Origin: Chlorokybus atmophyticus
Lineage: Eukaryota > Plantae > Mesostigma and Chlorokybus algae
NCBI GenBank assembly: GCA_009103225.1
Contig: RHPI01002438.1
Location: 490,750 to 554,749 of the forward strand
Length of the DNA stretch: 64,000 nucleotides
Direction: 5' to 3'
Of this stretch, positions 57,178-64,000 are shown piece after piece. The notes under the pieces are model-generated. The model was not told where the DNA came from and ran no database searches. It saw only the letters and a list, made by a program, of their open reading frames with translations. Made by a program: the position numbers and the translations under genes. The first letter of the stretch is position 1, and every line of letters starts with the position of its first letter.

Positions 57178-57251
57178 CGGGAAAAACGGGAGTTGAACCC
57201 GCGACCCCTGGCGTGACAAGCCAGTACTCTAACCAGCTAAGCTATTTCCCC
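57178..57251 (-). tRNA. trnD: tRNA-Asp(GUC), organellar (mitochondrial-like) sequence type
   Basis: GGGGAAA-TA-GCTTAGCTGGTTAGAGT-A-CTGGC-TTGTCAC-GCCAG-GGGTC-GCGGG-TTCAACT-CCCGT-TTTTCCC-G forms a complete 74-nt cloverleaf with anticodon GTC. It has no intron and no encoded CCA. Confidence 0.93.
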
Positions 57252-58099
57252 TCTAATATACGATAGTCTTGCATATGTATGTGCGTGCGCACGGGGGGGC
57301 GCGCAAATGTGGCGCAGCAGGGTGGCTTGGCAATCCTGGCATAGAAGGTGTGACGGCCATTGTGAGACGTAGGGCGTCTGGCAGAACAGTTGTTTTGTTG
57401 TTGCGGACATGAGTGAGTACCGAGGGGGAGGGACACCTCAAGACAAGATCCAACAGATGCGCGCGGGAGATAGACGCACGCAGAAAGGGGAGAAACACAG
57501 CCGCAGTTGTCGCAACGGCAAGCCAGCATCCAACTCATCTGCTGCCTCTGTGGCAGAGGCCTTTGAACCTATATACCTATAGTCTGTGCACGGCACACTT
57601 GTGTCATTGTTTGAACAGCTGCTAAAAGGTATGCACCCACGCCGCCGCTGCAGCTAGCATGCATGCAGTCACTGCTATAGGAAAGGAGCTATGCGAGAGT
57701 ACGTTAGCCCAACCCTGTACTAGCAAAGCTAGCCCTCTACCGGCAGCAGCTGGTTGGGGCGTGCACTAGCGGGGGCGTGTGTGGGCGTCCCGTCTTGCCG
57801 CCTGTGTGTGTGAGGCGGAGGCAGGCACTGAGGATCGGGGAGGCGTCCATGGCCATCGCGGGTACACACTGTTTTGCAGCCACCCTCTGGTAGTGGATGT
57901 GTCGGCAAAAGTCGTCAGTGGAGTGGGAGGGGGTTAGAAGTTAAATCTGCACGCAGGAGAGTTGAGATGGTCGGTTCTGCTTTGGGTGTGCATGCATGTG
58001 CGTGTGTGTATACACCAACCGAACCGTTCATCCACGTACTGTACCCGGCGCTGCCTCGGGAAGCACTACACTAGCTTCCTGTGTTTGACACGTCAAGTT

Positions 58100-60700
58100 G
58101 CAGGCCACATTGAGGATAACGGGGGAGGCGGCGCAGCAGGCGGGAGCTCGCTGGCGCCTGTGGTGTGCAGGCTGAGTCTGCTGCGCATACAGCAACCAAC
58201 CAATCAGAGGGTTGGTGCATGTCAGCTGGACATTTACACATAAGCTATGAGGCAGTAGTAGTTTCGGGGCTGGCCATGCAGGCAACTCGCAAGGTGCCAA
58301 GGCGGCTTCCTGCTGCGTCCAACGCTTTGTTCTGCTGGTTGAGCGTTGTTGTCAAGCAACCTCAGGTGGCAGTATGCTGGTCACCACGGTGACTGAAGGT
58401 GATCATGGACGGGTTGTTGTCTAGAGGAAAAGCGGTGGTAGTCATGTGCCTTCGTGTGCAAGCCACCAGGTGGTTTTCGACGTTAGTGGTCAGCTTCTGC
58501 ATGCGTGCTGAAAAGCTTGATTGCTCTGCCAGTGCTGTGACACAGCGTTGCCACGGCAGTGCGACATGTGGCCGTCAACAAAGATCGCATTCGGTAGTTG
58601 AGCGTGTTGCACCTTCTCGGCCAGAAGGTGCCAGTTGTGCAGTCAAGTCACCTGAACACACCCTTACAACGCTGTAGCTAACCTTGTTACACGTAGCAAA
58701 GTTGCCTTCTCTATGGCTGGTTGCTGGTTGCTCTTTGAGCATCATCCTGTGCAGGCAGTATCCAGCTTGAGCTTGTTGCGGCCACGGGACTTCTGTGCAC
58801 ATCAAGTACTACGCACCTACACTGCAGACAACTTCAACTGGCAATCCACAGCCTTGGAGGCTACTTTGCCACGATGAAGCTAAAAACGGCATTGCAGCTG
58901 CTGCAGGAGAGACAAGCCCTCCACATTCAGCTGTGTTTTTCAAGATCTGATGACCGAGCAGCGTGAGCAGATAGCTCATTTTGCAACGCAAATGCGCGTG
59001 ATGCTGTTGGAGAGGCAGCGGGAACATAGCGCGAGACTGGAAGAGCGGCTGCAAGCAATGCATGAGCTGGTGCAGGCATCGACTGAACAGGGTGACTGCA
59101 ATGCTCTGCAGGATGCACACAATTACACGCATTGCAAGAAAAACAAGACGAGCTACAGTGGACTTGGCCACCTCTGACGAGCATTTGCCGCAGAAATCTG
59201 CCACGGAGCAGCAGAAGCACAATGCGCAAAGGCTTGTTACCTAAGCTTGTGCAGAGTGTTATACAGTCTGTACGGGAGGAGGGGGCTCAAGTGAGCGCAC
59301 TGCAGGAGCTCTCACAACTGCAGAAGCTCAACAACTTACTGAGAAAAAAGCTGCAAGCAGACCTTGGTGCTCAGTTGACTGACCAGCTGCAAGGCATGCA
59401 CGCAAAGCAGGTGCAACTGCAGGTCGTCAAGTTCAGGAGGCTGAAGAAGCCAAAAGAGGATCAATTCGCACTTGATTTGTGAGTTTCAACCCCTGTTTGC
59501 ACAATATCAAGGGACTGCTCCGAAGCTGTTTTAATGCACTGATGCCGCAATGCGAGTGCACAGGTCCAAGCAAGACAATTACGCTGATGTCATCAAGAAG
59601 CTGGCTTACAAGCTGAAGGTGCCTGACTCTTCAATAGGCTCACTGCCTATGACTGCCATTGGCATTCACCCAAGCCCAATCCCATCAAGTATTGCACAGT
59701 GGACACGCTCATGGACTGGCTGGTTAAAGACAACCAGGTGTGTTTGCTCCATACGTCAGGACTAGAGCTGCAAACCATGCCTGTCTCACATTACGAATGC
59801 AAATGTACGTTGGACCCCACCTCGATGTTGTTGGAATACAGACAATAGACATTCTTTACCATGGAGTGACAGATACCCCGCTACCAGCACTTGTAAACTG
59901 GAAGATCTTGACACTGTTTATCGCAAAAATCGGGAGGTTCGTCTTGCTCTGTATGGGTGTTACTGCATGTTCTTCTCGACCAATAAGCTCTGTGCACTGA
60001 TTCCATTATCCAACAGAGGCAAGTGCTGAGCATTCGGACACCCGAGATAAGCACCATGGGTGATATCGTTGCTGAGTTGAAAACAATGGTCAGTTGTTCA
60101 TTACTCCGTGTGCACTGCCCAACTTGCAGGGCGTTGATACCGTACAGAGTGTGTGTCACTTCTTGCATTCTTCATGCTGCGGTTTGCACCAGATGGACTC
60201 CCAGCCGGACACAGAGTTGAGAATTCCACAGATCTGCTGCGGCCAGATCAACAGGGTCTGGCATGAGTTCTCGCCAGTCTAAAGCTGTGCCGTGAGGTAT
60301 CTCTTGTGACGTACTAACCCACCGTTGTAGCAGGTGTTCGCACATCATGAAAGAATTGACCACATGTTTTGGACTTTGCACGCGGAAGAGGTGTGGGCAT
60401 GACGGCCTTGATGGACCGTAGTAAGGAATTGATGCATTTGCTGCCAACCATTGTGTGATGGTTGGCATGCGCGCCAGATCCCGGAAGATGAGAAAACCAT
60501 GGGCCCCAATGATAGACTGATTCATGTGTGCCACTTCACCAAGGAGGCGCGTACAGACTTGGTGCGTCAAGTGTGACGCACGCTCATTGAGTGGCTTACG
60601 GTGCAGTCCTGATGGGTTGTGTCCTTTGTCATGCGCGAGCATGTAGTGTCATGTGCATGATGCCCTCGGGGCTGGCGACATGGATGGACCTTGGGGTTTT
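58100..60700 (+). mobile_element. Degenerate transposon-like coding relic, possibly an L1/Tx1-type LINE fragment
   Basis: Chains of short same-strand ORFs are broken by stops and frameshifts and lack clear splice structure. They include a coiled-coil-like stretch (58950-59482) and RCSRCS / frameshift / HHERIDHMFW..AEEVW at about 60324-60400, resembling the zf-RVT motif. No RT or endonuclease motifs were recognised. Confidence 0.3.
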
Positions 60701-61452
60701 GGCTCTCATAGCCATTTTACAGGGTTTATGTGTTGGGTTTTCATTGAGAACTCATGTTTGGGTCCTCATGGACGTGAGGGAGGTGTGTTCGAGGCGTATC
60801 TACAGTCAGATACGGAGCTGACAGCATATCTGGGTCACTATGGTATCTCGCACAGCTGTTTCGGAGTTGTGACTTTGAGAAGCCGTAACTTACAGTTGGA
60901 GTGGCGGTTTGGCCATGGGTTGGCGTAAAAAGATGCGTTCTGAAGTGTACTTGAAGAGGATGAGCTTGGATAAGCCTTTCCTAACTGTTTACCGTTACTT
61001 ATCAACGCCACCATGACTGTTACTATGCTGATGCAGATTGACAGTTAGGGTAGTTGGAGAGTTGGTTGGGCTTGAGCTCAACGGTGGTATATAAGGCTTT
61101 GCTAGCCTGTTTCCTAGTTTGGTTGGATGCAAGTTGGCCTACTGGAGTGCAAGCAACACCTTTGGGAAGAGGTTCTTGGCTGAGCGGATGCGTGTGCACA
61201 TGCTTGCATGTATGGCGTGTGTGCACGTGTTCGTTGCTGTGCGTTGCTGTGCATGAAGGGGTGTGTGTCACTGTTGCGACTTTGATGCACCGTATGGGCT
61301 GCCTTAGCATGTACTTTGAGTGAGGATTGAGTTGGGACTGCTTTACACAAGTGAACGGCTGATTGCAAGTCAAGTTGTGGTCTACTTGCCTACCTTTTGC
61401 AAGGGGACACGCATCTTTCACTTGCATCAAATGAGTTGATTCAGCTTCAACC

Positions 61453-64000
61453 ATGGATAGCACACCGAGATTCAGTGGGAGGCCCGGCACGGCGGACCTA
61501 CGCGACTTCATCGACCGCTTCGACTCCGAGATGGTCAAGTGGGAGTATCGGGACAAGTCGGGGTGGGACGAGCACAAAGCCTTCAAGATGTTGCCTCTAT
61601 ACCTCAAGGATGAAGCCCTTGGCACGTGGAGAGAGTTCAAGGAGCAGCTGGAGGTGAGGGAGAGGGCGTTGCGGCTCGGCGCACCGGCTGCGTTTGAAGC
61701 GGAGTGGAAGAAGGAGCAGCCCGTGACTGAGTTCAAGGCGCTCTTGAGGAAGACCTACCCACAATCAACACCCGCCAAGGTTCGTGAGCTGAGTTTCTTC
61801 AAGCGCAACGCCGGGGAGACGGCGAGGATGATGTATACGCGCATGCTCAAGCTCTTGACGGACACGGACTACAAGGTGATGACGGATCAGACCGCGGCGG
61901 TTGTGTACCTTCAACAACTAGAGGCGGACTTGAGGCTGAAGGTGGAGACCATGTTGACCACTCAGTCCGAGTTTGGCACATACACGCTTGCGGATGTCTT
62001 CAAGGTGGCCGAGACGGCAGAAATTCAGCATGAGTACCTCAAGAACATTGACCGACAGCGTCGGGGGTTGAAGTTGCTTGAGATTTCGGAGGAGAAGAGC
62101 TCTTCCAAGCCCGCGGCAACATCGGCGGCAAGCAAGGCAGCTGGTGGGAAGCCAAAGGAGTTCAAGCATGCCAACAACGCGGTTGTGGAAGGTGTGTCGG
62201 GTGCCAAATGCTGGTCGTGTGGAGAGCAAGGCCATATTGCAAGGGATTGTGGGAAAGGCAAGAAGGTGGTGTGCTCTCATTGCAAGAAGGGTGGGCATGT
62301 TGATGCCAAGTGTTGGAGTAAGCATCCAGAGCTGCGTCCACAACAAGGAGCGGCAGTCGGAGCTCACTCGAGTGTGAGAGCGGAGCCATCAATGTCGGAG
62401 GTGACAAAGGCATTGGCGGCAATGCAATCGGAGTATGCATCGTTGAAGAGCATGCTCGAGCGAGGGAAATGGCCCGAGAGAGGAGCGGAGGATAAGCCAA
62501 GCAGCTCCGGAGGTTACCTCGCGTATAGTGCGCTCTCCGGAGGCACTAAGGTGGCAGCGGTTGCGACGACGAGAGCGTCGGCACGCCGAAACGCTGCACC
62601 AGCTCCCCCGACTAGGATGGTTGAGGAGGAGGCCGCGCCCGTCCGCGAGGAGGGTGTGGATCATGATAGGATGCGGGCACCAGCTGCACGCATGCCTATG
62701 TCATTTAAGTTGCTGCCAACAACCCCGTTGGAGCAAGAGAGTTCGCGCTCGGAGGGTGCGAAAGTGCAGCCGACTGCTACGGCAACGGCGCGACATGATG
62801 TCGGCGTCGGTGGCGGTGGTGAGCACAAGAGAGTGGGGGAGCTGCTACAGATGTGTGTAAAGCTTCTCGAGGGTGCCAAGATGCTTTCCCAACAGCCCGC
62901 AACTCAAGCCAATGAAGAAAACTTGGAGTTGACGGCGCCGTTGGAGAGCGTTGCGGCGGAGCTGGTCGGGCAGCCGCTTGTTTGCTTGAAGGACCTTGGA
63001 GTCAGCAAGGAACACGTGATGGAGCTGTTGCAAAGTGCTCTAGACACCACTAGGACTGCCTCGACAAAGTCTCATGACCATATGAGCAAGTCTCATGAAG
63101 ATATGGTGGCGCAAGCAGGCCGTATGGTTGCGCGCGCGGAGCTGGCGGCGCCCGAGGGGTCCGCGTCGGCGTCGAGTTCTCTCACTCAGCTTGAAGACAA
63201 GCTGGAGGAAGGTGTGGGGAGTGTAGGAGGGATGTTGGCAATGCTTCCCGCCACTCGGCCGGCCTTGAGAGAGAAGATATCGCCGAATGTGGCGATGGTG
63301 GACAACCGTGGGGGGCACATCAGCCTAGACGGCTTCGTGCCAGATGTTGTCTTGGTGGATACAGGTGCACAACCTGTCATTTTGGGTGCTAGAGCTGTCA
63401 AGGGGATGGGACTCAGCCCCAAGGAGTGGGAGCCATGCCCGGTCATGATCAATACCTCGGCGGGGACCGTAGAGGCCGTGTGCGGCATAACGGTGCAGCC
63501 GGTGGACATATGCTTGACTGCGGTGGGAGGTGCTACCACGTCCTTCAAGGTTCGATGCCTCATCACGGATGCAAAGGGGTACGATGTGCTGCTCGGACAA
63601 GACTTCTTGTTCCCCGTCGGCGGCGGCGTTGACAATTGGATCGAACAAGGGTTCTTTCGGCCGCGTTGGCGTGTGGGTGGAGGGGAGAAGGCCTATTTTC
63701 CGTTGAGCATCACACAAGGGGGTCTTGAGAGGTCTCCAACCTCTGCATCTGCTGTGTGGGCGTGCTTGAGTCGCCGTTCAGTCAAGGGATGGCTTGGTGA
63801 CAGCACCGACATGTACTATGACCATGTGGAGGAGGGGGAGAGTGTCCTCGCACACATGGAGGAGGGGAGACCTCCGGAGCTGGTCTATATGGCGCAAACT
63901 CAGTCACAAGAGCTGGAGTTGGCTTCACAACATCGTGCTCAGCGGCAACAAGAGGCTCAAGACAAGGTTAGCCAAGCATGGATGAAGGATGTGATGGCAT
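61453..64000 (+). mobile_element. Ty3/Gypsy-like retrotransposon gag-protease polyprotein, open to the window end
   Basis: Intronless ORF from ATG 61453 with no stop through 64000 (849 codons; absent from the ORF track, presumably because it runs off the edge). It contains a gag N-terminus PRFSGRPGTADLRDFIDRF, two CCHC knuckles (CWSCGEQGHIARDC, CSHCKKGGHVDAKC) and a retropepsin LVDTGA (63352-63369)...YDVLLGQDFL. Confidence 0.88.

Noticed and set aside
60841-60852. TGGTATC as a tRNA-Met primer-binding site for the retrotransposon
   Set aside because: It diverges from TGGTATCAGAGC after 7 nt, is not directly preceded by a convincing LTR end, and is about 600 nt from gag.

Overview
Gene-dense, intron-rich nuclear DNA of a eukaryote, inferred to be a flagellate-capable green alga and possibly an early-diverging streptophyte. 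The inference rests on a plant-type COP1, a plant-type Nup98 GLEBS motif, telo-boxes, centriolar CEP90/PIBF1 and GT-AG introns. Genes were assembled by hand from splice signals, so exon boundaries are predictions and homology calls come from motif recognition, not database searches. In order the window holds: RPL17 (5' part, -), a 64-aa docking/dimerization (D/D)-domain microprotein, MCM4 (-), an Sft2/Got1 protein, a bacterial-type YdeI/OmpD-associated protein, a bacterial-type pyruvate kinase, NMD3, a GLEBS-containing Ser/Thr-rich Nup98-like protein (-), RBM39/CAPER, a GluR0-like glutamate-receptor channel, an LRRC61-like protein (-), COP1, PIBF1/CEP90 (-), a CBE1/4E-T-like protein, a HINT3/HINT4-like protein (-), an organelle-type tRNA-Asp in an AT-rich patch, degenerate TE-like sequence, and an open gag-protease ORF of a Ty3/Gypsy-like element that runs off the right edge. 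The most interesting item is the glutamate-receptor-like channel, which combines a prokaryotic GluR0-type core and K+ filter (TTVGYGD) with a eukaryote-style extra M4 helix. Next are the two adjacent intron-containing bacterial-type genes, the stand-alone GLEBS protein, the microprotein and the organelle-type tRNA.
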